A stretch of DNA of 64,000 bases from Schmidtea nova (taxonomy: Eukaryota). The first letter of the stretch is position 1; each line of letters begins with the position of its first letter. The stretch lies in contig CM097883.1 in the NCBI GenBank assembly GCA_044892505.1, forward strand, positions 437,100,001-437,164,000. Reading direction: 5' to 3'. This document shows, one piece after another, positions 9,271-21,722 of the stretch. Under the pieces are notes generated by a model, which was not told the DNA's origin, ran no database searches, and worked only from the letters and a program-made list of their open reading frames with translations. The translations under genes were made by a program, and so were the position numbers.

Positions 9271-11973
9271 TAGGGTTTGCAAAAAACCGTACTTTCTATA
9301 AACCGGTTTTTCTTTTCTTCGAATACCAAAAAACCGGTTTAAACCGGTGTTTTTTTTTAAATAAAATAATAGTACAAAAATATAAATTTTATTGCTTTTT
9401 ATTTAAAAAATAAAATTTCAAAAACACAAGAGCATTTAATGATTTGTCACTTAAACGGGTTCTTAATTTGTTACATATATTTCCTGAAACAGAAAATGTT
9501 CTTTCTGCATCTGTTGATGTCGGTTTAATTGTTAGCATTGCTTCATATAATTTTTCTAAATTTTTGGTACGTTTTCCTGACAGTTCAAATACAGTATATT
9601 CTTTCTTAAATAAATTTAAAGTGACACTTTCCGCTGCTGGTACTGTTCGCAAGACTTCTTTTTCAATAGCTAAATTTAATTCGTCACCAATTGACATTTC
9701 AGAGGTATCTACAGCATCATTTTCAATATTGGAATCAGAAATTGGTGCACTTAATGTTTCATATAAATTTAATCTGTCCATTAGCTTCTTACCGAAATTC
9801 ATAAACTCTGTTTTTGATAAATAAGGAAGACCCACATTTTGTTGAGGTTGACCTTGAAAGTTGTTGAAAGTATCTTTTAAAAATTTAACCAAAGATGTTA
9901 AATTTATATTTCGCCTTTCCATTATTCTTTGTTTTAAAGCAGATAATAAATTTTTACTGATTTTTGTATTTAATAGACTAACTTTGTTAAGCATAAATAA
10001 AATAATTGTTTCTGATGTTATTAATGTAGCATTTTTTCTTCCTAAGGCTTCAATCGCTACATTTACTGGTGAAAGTGAATCATGAATATTTTTAAGTATT
10101 ACTTCAGAAATATTTTCAAGCAAATGTATTTGCTGTAAATCTTTTAATGCTATTTTTATGCAGTCTATGAGTTTCAAAAATCTTTCTATCATATGAAGTA
10201 AACTGTTCCAGCGTGTTTTGCAGTCCAAAATTAATTGTAGCTCAATATTGAATTTGGCTTTCACAAGTTGTTGCAAAATTGTATTTCGAACTGGTGATCG
10301 TTTGAAAAATTTCACTACATTTCTAACTGCTTTAATACAAATATGAAGCGAAAGGTCTGAATCTGAATAACAAAGTTCAGGTTCATCTTCTGTTTCTGTT
10401 ACTTCAAAATCCTCATACTCAGATTCTTCTTCGTCTGTTTCTAGACTTTCATCTGGAATACAAGCTGCTTTATTTTTATATAAAGTATCTGTAACGGCTA
10501 AATGAATACCGTGATTTAAACAAAGAACGATTTCAGATTCAGACTCTTTACCAAATTTTACATTTACTGCGGCTCCATCACATGTTATGACTACAATATC
10601 GTTTTTCAGATTCAAACTGAATTTTTCAAGTCTTTCCTCAATTAATTCTTTGGTTTTTTGTGAATTACAACTTCCCTGTATTCGCACCAAACCTAGATTA
10701 AAATTATTTCCATTGCAATCATGAAGATTCACGTTAAGATACCTTCGTCCACGCAGACTAGTCCATTGGTCAAATGTTGCTTAATATTTGTCATTACTGG
10801 ATGAAACCAATTGAAATTTTAATTCATTTTCTTTTTTTTCAGAAAAATTTACAATTAGTTGCATAACAGAGTTTTCAGATTTTGAAAATTCGTAGCCCCG
10901 AGCACTTAAAGATTCACGTATAAAGGTTGACTTTGTAATTTGCCTCACAGTAAGACCATCTTCTGATGCGAGTTTAGCAAGAATTTCTTCCAAACTCGTT
11001 CGCTGTACATAATCTAAAATAGTTGTGGATCTTTGTACACATATTTTTTTTGGTGGTATAGATTCACGTTCAATATTTGAATCTCCAGTCTGTTTAGCTG
11101 GTAGATCAACATTATGCTTGCTCCTTAGATGACTTATTAAAGCTGATGTTGATCCTCCTTTACATTGCACCGTATTTTTGCAGGTCTTGCAAATTGCTCG
11201 CTCGTTATTGGGTTCTTTGTTATAATAATCCCAACATATGCTCCTTTTTGGACACATCTATGTAAGGGCTACATTTTATTATATGTTTATATAACCATTT
11301 TATAAATAACATACCTTGTATTGTAGTTTACGTATTCTAATTATTAATCACTGAGTTTACGTATTCTAATTAATAATTTATTGAATTTAAAAAAAAAATA
11401 TTGTGAAATAAATAAACCATTTTATAGTATAAATAACATACCTTGTATTGTAGATTGTAGTTTACGTATTCTAATTAGTAATTTGCTGAATTTTAAGAAA
11501 AAATATTGTGAAATAAATTCTATGTTTAAATTCCAATTATTAATTTGCTGAATTTTAAGAAAAAATATTGCGAAATAAATAAATATTGTGAAATAAATAA
11601 TGTCAAATTGACAGCAAAAACTTCTCTGTCATTTTATCTACCCACTAAACTAAAAAGCTATAAAATGTAAACTCTAACCAATGCATTTGGTGAGTTTCGG
11701 TTGCGTGAGTTTCGATTTATAAGATAAGGTTATTATATCGACAATATAATGTATATTTTGTTTTAAAATTCAGTATAAGATTTAATTTAAAACATTGTAA
11801 AACAATAAGTGTTGGTTTTTACTAAATTCCGTATTATTTCATCAAACAATTATCGAATACATCAATAAAATATTTTACAGAATTTAACCGGTTTCCATTT
11901 TGAAAAACCGGGTTTTTCGGTTTTCGAAAATGCCCCAAAAAGCCGGTTTTTTTAAACCGGTTTGCAAACCCTA
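9271..11973 (-). mobile_element. Full-length hAT (BED-finger) DNA transposon
   Basis: TIR TAGGGTTTGCAAA at both ends; exact 8-bp TSD TATATATC; subterminal AACCGGTT repeats. Confidence 0.93.
9389..11257 (-). pseudogene. hAT transposase (BED zinc finger, catalytic core, dimerisation domain) with a single in-frame TAA
   Basis: ORFs 10781-11257 and 9389-10732 are in one frame, joined by KY*ATFDQWTSLRGRRYLNVN. Motifs CKTC..HLRSKH, ITCDGA, CLNHGIHL, KTRWNS, PTSTDAERTFS. Confidence 0.9.
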
Positions 11974-12149
11974 TATATATCGTTTATTTTTTATTTTTTA
12001 AAAGCAATATTTTCGAGCAATTCTGCGATTTATAATAAAATTTTAGTGCATGTTAAAAATTTAAGGCATTATTTTACTTAAAGTTTAATAGAGTATATAT
12101 TTACCTATAAAAAATCAATTTTTGTTAAAAATTTAAGGCAATCTTCATT

Positions 12150-13589
12150 ATGGACTTAAATAAGAAAAAAAGAAAAACTTACACCAAAGAATAAAAAGAG
12201 AAATTGCCAAAGCATATAAAAAGGATAAAAAGGCTTCATGTGACATCGAAAAAGAATTTAATGTATCACAAAAGGTTATTAGAACAGCAGTCAAATCTTC
12301 GGAGGAGCTTTTAAACTTGGAAAGTGATGATCCAACATTGGATACTTTTAATTTATGTAAAGCTGCAGAAATGAAGCTATTGAACATTGATCAATACATG
12401 CTTGATGGTATCAGGCAGATTAGAAATGCAGGTGGCAATGTTTTAATGGGGAACTTAATATCATTGGCAAAAAAATATAAATCAATAACACCATCTTGCC
12501 ATGTGAACATCACACCATACTTTATAAGAGGTTTTAAAAAGCTATATAATGTGGCATTTAAATCCATTTGCGGAGAGGCAAAATGTGCTATGACAGACAA
12601 GATTCTTGACTTTTTTGATGAATTTGAAGCTATAAAGAAATATGATGAAAAATATATTTACAATTTAGATGAAACTGGTCTATATATCAAGAAATTTGGT
12701 AGAAGAAGTTACATTCTGAGGGATGAAGATGACAGGAAAAGTATAAAAACCGATAAAACAAGAATTACTCTTTTATTGTGTTTTAATAAATACGGCGATG
12801 AGATTACGCCATTAATCATAGGAAAAAGCAAAAACCCCAGGGCTTTTAAAAACGAGAAACCAGATAATTACAACCTCAAATATGCGAACAACACATCTTC
12901 GTGGCTTACCAAAGATATTTTTTTGAAATATATAAAAGATCTAAATGACGAAATGATCAAACAGGATAGAAAAATCCTAATATTATGCGATAATTTTAAA
13001 GGTCACGAAGTTGGTGTATTTCGAACGTGAAACTGTTATTTTGCCACCTAATACTACATTGATCTTACAACCTCTAGATCTAGGTATAATTAACGAAATC
13101 AAGTCTAAGTATTCTGAATATGTCAATAACTTTGTTAAAAATATGATAATTGATAATAGTGCGGATATAAAATCTTGTTTTAGTGCTTTGGCATTGCTAG
13201 AAATATGTTACTGGATAAGAAAGTCTATCAATAAGGTTCTTCCCAGGACGTATTTGAATTTTTGGGAAAAGTTTGAAAAAATGAAAGAGAAGCTTCAGAA
13301 TGCAGATTTAAAAAAAGACGAAAATGAAGTTTTGTTTGATACTTTAATTGATCCAGACTGTGTGGTGAAAGATGATCCTATTTATGATGAATCCTTATTT
13401 TGTCTCGATGAAATCATTTGCGATATATCGGAAGCATCTAGGATTGAATCTGTAAAGTATCATTTAAAAAAACTGGATAATTTGTTGCATTTTGAAGTAA
13501 TTGATGTTAGAAAGTCGTACATTGAGTTTAAAAATAAGTACTATGAAAGTAGATCTAGAAGATCTACGGTGACTTACATTATCGATTAA
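12150..13589 (+). pseudogene. pogo/Tigger (CENP-B-like HTH plus DDE_1) transposase, frameshifted
   Basis: MDLNKKKRKTYTKE* start; YNLDETGL, PLIIGKSKNPRAFK, ILILCDNFKGH, LQPLDLG motifs across ORFs 12317-13030 and 13011-13589. Confidence 0.85.
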
Positions 13590-14095
13590 AGGCTATTTGT
13601 AATTTTTTATAGCTATATCTTTATAATATGTTTAAAGAATTTTATCATAAAAAAACTAAATTTATTTTTTCCTTATAAATAGTTATTTTAGTATAAGAAT
13701 TCGGTTTAAAGCATCTTTTAACTGGATGTAATTATATTTTTTCGATCACAACTGTATATTAAAAACTGCGCAGTGCTGTATTCAATTATAAAGAAACCAA
13801 CAGATTTTTACAGCGAATATCAAGCAAAATGTTCATGCTTCATTTTTATAATCACTTAATAAAATTTTTATATATGTAATTAGAATTTATTTTGTGAATT
13901 GTCTTACCGCAATTCATGCTAATGAATTACACCTTTTAAAGTAAAAAAATCATATATACATAAATAATAATAATTTTAAATAATGGTTTTATGTAATTTT
14001 AAACGAAATAATTTATTCGAAATTTAGGGCAAATAAGATTTTTAAGACATGTTTGTGCCCTAAATTTCACACACTACTGTATACGCACAGTAAAT

Positions 14096-15011
14096 TCTCG
14101 ATAAGTGTCACATTTAATAAGTGTTATACTCGAAAAGTGTCACATTTGATAAATACCATACTCGATAAGTGTCACATTTGATAAATGCTATACTCGATAA
14201 GTGTCACATTTGATAAATGCCATACTCGATAAGTGTCACATTTGATAAGTGTCATACTCGATAAGTGTCACATTTGATAAATGTCATACTCGATAAGTGT
14301 CACATTTGATAAATGCCATACTCGATAAGTGTCACATTTGATAAATGCTATACTCGATAAGTGTCACATTTGATAAGTGTTATACTCGAAAAGTGTTACA
14401 TTTGATAAATGCCATACTCGATAAGTGTCACATTTGATAAATGTCATACTCGATAAGTGTCACATTTGATAAATGCCATTCTCGATAAGTGTCACATTTG
14501 ATAAGTGTCATACTCGATAAATGTCACAATTGATAAGTGTTATACTCGATAAGTGTCACATTTGATAAGTGTCATACTCGATAAGTGTCACATTTGATAA
14601 GTGCTATACTCGATAAGTGTCACATTTGATAAGTGTCATACTCGATAAGTGTCACATTTGATAAGTGTCATACTCGATAAGTGTCACATTTGATAAATGC
14701 TATACTCGATAAATGTCACATTTGTTAAGTGTTATACTCGATAAGTGTCACATTTGATAAGTGTTATACTCGATAAGTGTCACATTTGATAAGTGCTATA
14801 CTCGATAAGTGTCACATTTGATAAGTGTCACATTTGATAAGTGTCACATTTAATAAGTGTCATACTCGATAAGTGTCACATTTGATAAGTGTCATACTCG
14901 ATAAGTGTCACATTTGATAAATGTCATACTCGATAAGTGTCACATTTGATAAATGCCATTCTCGATAAGTGTCACATTTGATAAGGGTCATACTCGATAA
15001 AAGTCATACTC
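14096..15011 (+). repeat. Tandem satellite, 32-bp unit (two related 16-mers), about 28 copies
   Basis: Unit ATAAGTGTCACATTTG + ATAAGTGTCATACTCG with minor variants; preceded by a CAGTAAATTCTCG TIR start and followed by MITE body sequence to about 15105. Confidence 0.95.
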
Positions 15012-15611
15012 AATATCAGCTATGTAACTACTGATTCATTAAAATATCATAACTGTTAGTCCTTATTATTTGTCACTTAAAAACAATCCTTGTGGCAGTT
15101 ATCGAAAGTATATATTATTCCTATTTTTAATTTGGTCCTTAAAATATACAAATTAACCGTTAAACCCCTTGACATGGGCCGTATGACGGTGTATCTGGCT
15201 CATTGCAAGGTTGAAATTGGTTCCGCTCAAATAAATCGCTGGCATAATAAAATCTGAAAGATCTCACAGCACATTCAGTGGCAACGAATGTATAATGAAA
15301 TTATATAAAATATATAAATCATTCCATAGGGATTAATTAACTACTATACATTTTACGTGAATAATGACTATTAGAAATTTTTCATTGATAGCAATCTTCC
15401 GGATAATTAGTCTTTGCTTTTCAACTGCTCCTCTCTCTATGTGAAACTTTTAAAAAAGATTTCATCTATTAATCGAATGTTTTATGAATTAGTAGACAAT
15501 ACTCCTGTTTTGGGTTCATCTATTTTTCTTCCATACTTGTTTCTATAGACATTTGGTTGAGTTTTATAATATCTTCTGCCACGTTTTTTGTGTTTTAGTC
15601 TGGTTTAGTTA

Positions 15612-17234
15612 CGTGGTGCGTTCAATTAGTGCCCAGGCTACCCCAAAAATATAATAGTACTTAAAAATATTCCAGTGAAATCGTTATATATTGTCTATGG
15701 TTACAAAAATATAGTTTGTTTTAATATGCACCTGCAGAGCAGTGTGAGAAAGTACATTTTCAATTTATTTTCCAAGTATGATTAAATTATTAGTTTTGCT
15801 CTGTAATAGCAGTCAGCAAATATTGAATCAGTTGCAGATAACTTATGGCAATATGCACCCTTTTCGTACCACGATTTACGATTGGATTATTCAGTTTAAA
15901 CAAGGTAGTCAATCAGTGTTTGATGATGAGAAAGTTGGTTGTCCTTGTGGAATTTCTTAACAAAAAAATAGAGGAATTTTAGTAAATTGTAAAGGAAGAA
16001 CGCCGAATTACTATCAAGGATATCTCGCAGTAGTTGAATGTGGGTACCGGGGTGAGTATGCTGTCTTAAACGAATCTGACGTAAGAAATTGTGTTCCAAG
16101 TACGTCACACATTTTCTTTTCTCTGAAATCTGTGAAAACCGAAGGGAATGCTACCAGACAATCCTTCTCTTTTTTGACGAACACGGTGACCAATTCCTTA
16201 GAAATATCATTACTGTGGATGAAACCCCTTTATCCCTGAATGGCTCTTAGAAAAAGCGGGAGTCCATCAAATGGTAATTCCTTAGAGAAACGAGTTCCAG
16301 GAAGATAAGACCTAGAACATATAATCGAAAATCATTGATGTTGACAATATTTTGGGATCAAAGTGGCAAAATCTGTACGATTTTCAAATTAATTCTAACT
16401 ATGACAGCGACCTCATGAAAACTTGCCGACGTAATCGCCGTAAGCCATATTATCTTTCTTTATGGCTCCTCCAAGACAATGCCCTAATCCATAAAAGTGC
16501 GGGACAATGTCATTGATTGAAAAAAGGTTTAGTTCTCTTCGATCACCCTCCCTACAATCAAGGCCTGCTATGGGTTTTGCGGGTCCTCGGGAAAATATTA
16601 TATGCGGGGCCCCTTCCCAAAAATGATAAATGAACATAAAATTTTCAATTCATTTAATGAAATTTTTATTTCTTCAATATATACAATAATATACATACAT
16701 AAACATAATATTTTTTATTCCTATTTCGTACACACTTTCTTTACTGCTAATTCCTCAATAATATCATCCAAATTTATCTGTTTCGTTATCTCCTGCTCTA
16801 TTGAAAACCTAGACCTCTGAGCCGGCCCTGCATCCGACTTGTAAAAAACGTTGCATTCGGTGTCAAAAATTTCCTTAGCTACTAATAATTGTTAAAATAA
16901 GAAAGCGCAGGGCCTCAGGAAATATCCCCAAAGTCTCAACCTCTGAGCCGGCCCTGTCTACAGTCCCAATCTTGCGCCGAATGACTTTTATCTATTCAAG
17001 CATATTAAGAAACATTTGTGAGGGAAAAACTACCAAAATACTGCAGATTTGCAACAGGATGTAGAACCTTTCTTGAAAGATCAAAGTCCAATTTCTTTCA
17101 AAAATACCTTCTGCAACTCTTGTATCGTTGGAAGAAGTGTGTGGACCACAATTGGTCATATTGAAAAACAAGGTCTACATACCCATGTTGATTTTCTTTA
17201 GCACCTAGTCCAGGTACTTATTGGACGCAATACG
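15612..17234 (+). mobile_element. Degenerate mariner (D34D) element
   Basis: TA-flanked TIRs CGTGGTGCGTTCAATTAGT / ACTTATTGGACGCAATACG; motifs TIYDWIIQFKQG, IITVDET, IFWDQSG, LLQDNA, HPPY..YSPNLAPNDFYLF. Confidence 0.85.
16559..16956. mobile_element. hAT-type MITE inserted in the mariner HPPYSP motif
   Basis: Ends CAAGGCCTGC / GCCGGCCCTG; imperfect 8-bp TSD cctacaat / tctacagt; a second internal copy of the right end at about 16815-16830. Confidence 0.7.
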
Positions 17235-17834
17235 TAAAATTCATGAAAGCAAACGTTTCGTTGAATTTTTCTTGTAAATAAGATTGCACGTACTTATGTA
17301 GCTTCTTACCCTTTCATCTATATTGGAACAATATAAACCAGAAGATTTCATTATAATGATATTGAAATAGGATCAAAGTAATTTCTATGTTAAAGGTATA
17401 TTTCAGTGTTTGAGGGTCCTAGGATATCTAGGAATACTTGCATTACCAAATGAAGAATAAATCGCATTTTCATCAATATTTATCGGTTTCTGATTTTTTA
17501 ATTTTGCTTGGTCTTCAGCGAAAAGTCTGGTTGAAACGGTTCAGCTTCCCAGAGAAAAATATTTTGATAATGAATTATTTTCTTAGTCATATCACAAGCT
17601 CTTAATTTGACTTTGTAAAGATTGATAATTTCCAATTGACTTCTAATCTCATTGTTTTATTCCTTATTTGAAGACATTGGTTGGTCTTTATTAAGATAAC
17701 AGTTAAGTTGGCAGTAATATAAAAAAATTCTATCTAGTCTTTATAGAAAAAACTAATGAAAATTTCTGAAATAGAAAACAAGAGATCAAAAGTGAACAAA
17801 ATTAAAAATGCTTATGATAGCATTTTTAAAATAT

Positions 17835-18437
17835 ACTCGTTTAATTGAACCTCGGATAAATGAACAATCCCTCTAATTGAACATATATAACCTTAATTGG
17901 TTGGTTCAGGCAATTTTAATATATAAATTAATTGCTTAATTGAACTCTCTTTTAAATGAACAACTCTGATTTATGCACACCAATTAAAGCCCTTGTTTGT
18001 TTTACAAACTTTTAATTGAACATTAACTTTTTTTATTGGATATCATTATTTTACATAATTATAAATACTTAAACCCAATCCAAAAATTAAATATATCTAT
18101 TAAATAATTTTGGTCAAATTAAAATGTCCAAACGAAAAGCAGCAACATTAGAAGAAAAATACGAAATAATCAAGCGAATTGAATTGCAAAAAGTTTCCCA
18201 AATCCGAGTTTTTTCTGAAACAGGAGTTCCACGAAGCACAATAGCAAAATGGGGCGGGTTCGAAAAAGATAAAATTGTAGAGGCATATGAAGCAAACAAT
18301 CAAAGTCCTTCAAGAAAACGTCTCAGAGGTTCAAAATATGAAAAAATCGATGAGTGCCTTTTTGAATGGTTCAAAGAAAAAAGAAAAGTTAATGTTCCAA
18401 TAAATGGTCTATTTTTCAAGCAAAAGCAGAAGATTTC
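17835..18437 (+). mobile_element. 5' fragment of a Tigger-like element (HTH_psq plus CENP-B HTH)
   Basis: ORF 18124 MSKRKAATLEEKYEII...GVPRSTIAKW...RKRLRGSKYEKIDECLFEWF..R..NVPING; upstream TTAATTGAAC repeats. Confidence 0.75.
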
Positions 18438-18546
18438 TTTATTATATAATTACAACATAAAATTAAATACTAAATATAATTAATAAAAAAGAAAATTTAG
18501 TCAAACATTATGTGTGAGATATATTTTGATTTTCTTCAAATTTTAG

Positions 18547-18903
18547 TGAATGGAGACTTATCCAGACTTGGAAACAGTCGCTTCATTTTCAAAATCCTTA
18601 TTTTGACAATAAACTCGGGTTCTTTTCATTGGGAAATTCTCCTCCCATCCAATCGCACAATCCAATAAAAACCCACAAATCTCCATCTGTAAAGAATAAT
18701 AAGAAACCGATAAATGGCTCAGATAAAATACAGAACCGCCATTCAATGTTGGAATCTTCGCACCCGGAAAGAAACAATTTCAAAGTTCGAAGAAAACATT
18801 CCGTTCCTATTTCCAAAGAGAAATCTGGATATTTTTATCCTAGTATTTTGAAAAAACCATCTCAATCTAACAATAACAAGGTTATTAAACCAAAAACAAA
18901 GAG
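18547..18903 (+). CDS. Probable MAP3K C-terminal exon (low complexity)
   Basis: ttttag|T GAA TGG...; phase 2 matches the 5688 donor; open frame EWRLIQTWKQSLHFQNPYF...KPKTK(R); donor GTTTGT at 18904. Confidence 0.6.
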
Positions 18904-18952
18904 GTTTGTTTTTAATTATGTATCGATAATAATAGTTTATAATAATAATTAG

Positions 18953-19163
18953 AAAATCTATTAGTTGTGAAACCCTCTATAATGTATCGAAAGGATCTAG
19001 TAGCCAGCTAAAGCAAGCCAATAACCGATATTCCACTCCACTAAAAGATATACATTTTTCTACGCTACCCCATTTGGATAAAATCAACAGTCAGTGTGAT
19101 CAGCAGTGCGGCACCATTAACCCTTCATTCGAAAGCAGCCATGATTCTTTAAGTGGCACCAGT
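18953..19163 (+). CDS. Probable MAP3K C-terminal exon
   Basis: Follows a 49-nt GT-AG intron; open frame KSISCETLYNVSKG...SHDSLSGTS; donor GTATGA, phase 0. Confidence 0.65.
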
Positions 19164-19308
19164 GTATGATATTTTAATTATTTTTTAGTTACATTTTATG
19201 CAAATTTATTATCGAAGTTCAATTATAATATCATTAAAATCTTTAATATTCTTCGCCTTTTGATCTTTTTTTTATTTGTTTTTGAAATATATTTATTTTT
19301 TTCTCTTT

Positions 19309-19345
19309 CAACACAAATTTTTGACACTGCCTTTTTCAAGTGTTT
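19309..19345 (-). ncRNA. Degenerate U3-A8 variant hammerhead, with an inverted partner at about 19360-19400
   Basis: Reverse complement: aacac TTGAAAA A GGC agt GTC aAAA ATTT gtgtt. Confidence 0.4.
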
Positions 19346-19814
19346 ATCCAATTGGATTAACACTTGAATAAAAGTAGTTTAGAATATTAGTGAGAAAAAT
19401 AGAATTATTTTTGATCTTTTGTTTGAAAAAAAAATAAATTATATAAAATTTATTTAATTAATTTTAATTCTTAGCTTTATCGTTTCGATAAATATTTGAT
19501 TTTACCGACTCATCAACTGTTTTTTCGATCAAGTGAAAACCATTTCTTAACATTTAACACTGTTTTCATTCATTAAGGACTCATCTGGATCATACAAATA
19601 AGCTTCTTAGGATGGCTGGTCAAAATTCTAACAAAAATGACGTTTGTATTTTTTAACCACATCAATCAGAATCTAGTTCTATATTGGATTGTTATGCATA
19701 TGGTTAAACAATACCAACGTGTTTTTTGTTTAAATTTATGCACGAACATTTTGTCCTAGAACCTTTATTAGCACAGATCCTAAATGTTAATATAAAAATA
19801 ATAAACAAATTTGT

Positions 19815-21145
19815 AAATTAATGATAAAACGCCACTTACATAACACCAGTACTATACATTTCCACAGAATACCTGTCATCTTCAGATATTCAGAAAAATA
19901 CTGTTAAATTCAATTTTTTGAAATAAATTATAAAATATAATTAAATAAATTTTAAATATTATTTTAAAATAAAATTTTAATTTATTAAAATTCAATTTAA
20001 ATATTAATTTTAAAATGATTAACTGTTATATGTGAATTAATAATATTAAAATTCGTTTTAATATTATAAATTATAAAAATTGTTTGAATATTGTTTTGTA
20101 GATAAATAGATTTCAAATTGTAGTAATTTACTTATTTAATATTATCATTTCGAATTGTAGTAATTTACTTATTTAATATTATTATTTCCGAATTGTGGTA
20201 ATTTACTTAATTATTTTGGTTAATTCATCTACAGATATAAAAATTTGAAAATTTTAAATATTTAAAAGTTTTTTATATTTATTTAATTTTTACAAATCCA
20301 ATTTAATCATTAAAATAACACACCCATGCTAGCATTCAAACTATTTAAAAACATTCAAAATACACTGGTTAACCACATTATGTATATTAATTTCTGGATT
20401 TAAAGATTTTTAGTAACAACGCTTCACATATAACGCGTTCATAATGATTATTAAGATTTGTCGATAAAATTTTAAAATTAGACATGCCAATCTTTCTCTT
20501 ACTCTTTTGCAATCAATAATTTTTTGCACCCCACCGGTTTCTTATATAGAGATAACTGTCAGTCTCTCCAATGTTTGTGGCAATACATCCATTACATGTA
20601 AATTGATAAACAAGAATTGAATACAATACAACCAGTTTGTGACTTATTAACAAACATACTACTCACTTTGCACGAATTAGAGACAATCTTAAAGTGTAAA
20701 CCGCTAAATTACTTACCTATCTTCTCTTTATAATTTTTAAACCCTTCCAAATACAACAATACCATCGTGAATTTTGGCTTTTCTTGTTTGGTATATTCAA
20801 TACGTGCATTTTGAATGTTTTTAAGTAGTTTGGATGCTAGCTTGGGTGTGTTGTATTAATTAAATTGAATGATGAAATTGATTATGTTAAAATTAAATAA
20901 TTAATTATTTTTTAAATATTTAAATATTTATTAATAATTAAAATTTTTTTAGTCCTTTTAAAATAATTTTTACACTGATTTTTAATAAATTAAAATAATA
21001 TTTAAAATTTATCTAATTATATTTAATAATTTGTTTTAATAAATTGAATTTAATTTAGTTTTTTCTGGATACCTGAAGATGGCAGGGAGTCTGCCAAGAT
21101 GTATAATACGAATGTTATAAAAATGGCGGTTTTCATTAATTAAAT
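19815..21145. mobile_element. PLE fold-back: GIY-YIG endonuclease remnant (-) between inverted pLTR arms, hammerhead motif in each arm (about 19849-19890 on -, 21067-21110 on +)
   Basis: The - strand gives LVYQFTCNGCIATNIGETD and SNFKILS...HYERVICEALL..LNPEIN...ILNVFK*. HHR motifs CTGAAGA t GACAG..CTGTG GAAA and CTGAAGA t GGCAG ggagt CTGCC aaga. Confidence 0.8.
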
Positions 21146-21502
21146 TTTTCCATGTTTGTTTAAATTAGTAAATGATTCAATTAAAAAACTTGATTATTTG
21201 GGGGTGGATTGATGAAAATTAACAAAAAATTAATAATTTTTTATTTTTTTAAATAAACTTTTTATGTTTTATTTGTATTGTTATTTTTCGGGCTAAATAT
21301 TATTGACCTAGGAGAATTTTATATTTTAATTCTTTTTTCATGGATTTGCTGGAGAATAATAATTCAATTGGAATATTTGACAATTATTTATCATCATTAT
21401 TTTTTATTTTTACCTATTCGTTTCTATTTCATAAATTTCCATTTTTTAAAGACTAAATCAAATATTTTTAAGGTAATCAAAAATACAAAAAAGAAAAACA
21501 TA

Positions 21503-21537
21503 ATTGAAAAGGCTGTGTTGAAAATTCGTATACCTTT
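21503..21537 (+). ncRNA. U3-A8 variant hammerhead-like copy
   Basis: aa TTGAAAA GGC tgt GTT GAAA ATTC gtat, followed by the family tag gatctatag. Confidence 0.4.
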
Positions 21538-21722
21538 TTAAAATAAATTTCGATCTATAGTATTTTAATAAATAAAGGAAATTTAATTATTTATTACATT
21601 AAAACGGTTAATTCAAGAAAGGAATTTTTGAGTCGAAATCGGTTTCTCAAACCTCTTTCCCCTTTTTAAGGTAATATTCCAATGAAATATGATCTTTATC
21701 GTATATCTCAAAATTGTATTAA

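Larger units (their letters stand above)
9137..14079 (+). mobile_element. pogo/Tigger-like element with a nested hAT
   Basis: 28-bp TIRs CAGTAGTGTG(ctat/tgaa)ATTTAGGGCACAAA, TA on both sides; contains a DDE transposase pseudogene at 12150-13589. Confidence 0.7.

Noticed and set aside
9444-10085. + strand ORFs of 126 and 74 aa
   Set aside because: Antisense shadows of the hAT transposase; the same applies to + strand ORFs over the Gypsy and PLE remnants.
10781-10783. Stop-codon reassignment (TAA read as sense)
   Set aside because: Host exon models need no read-through and other TE pseudogenes contain all three stop types; ordinary mutation is sufficient.
13690-13757. Second TIR-like end (reverse complement TACAGTTGTGATCGAAA) after the pogo ORF
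   Set aside because: No matching left end found, so I could not define a separate inner element; the boundaries of the pogo call remain somewhat uncertain.
14096-15011. CRISPR-like regular array
   Set aside because: No unique spacers, eukaryotic context, no cas genes; it is a simple tandem repeat.
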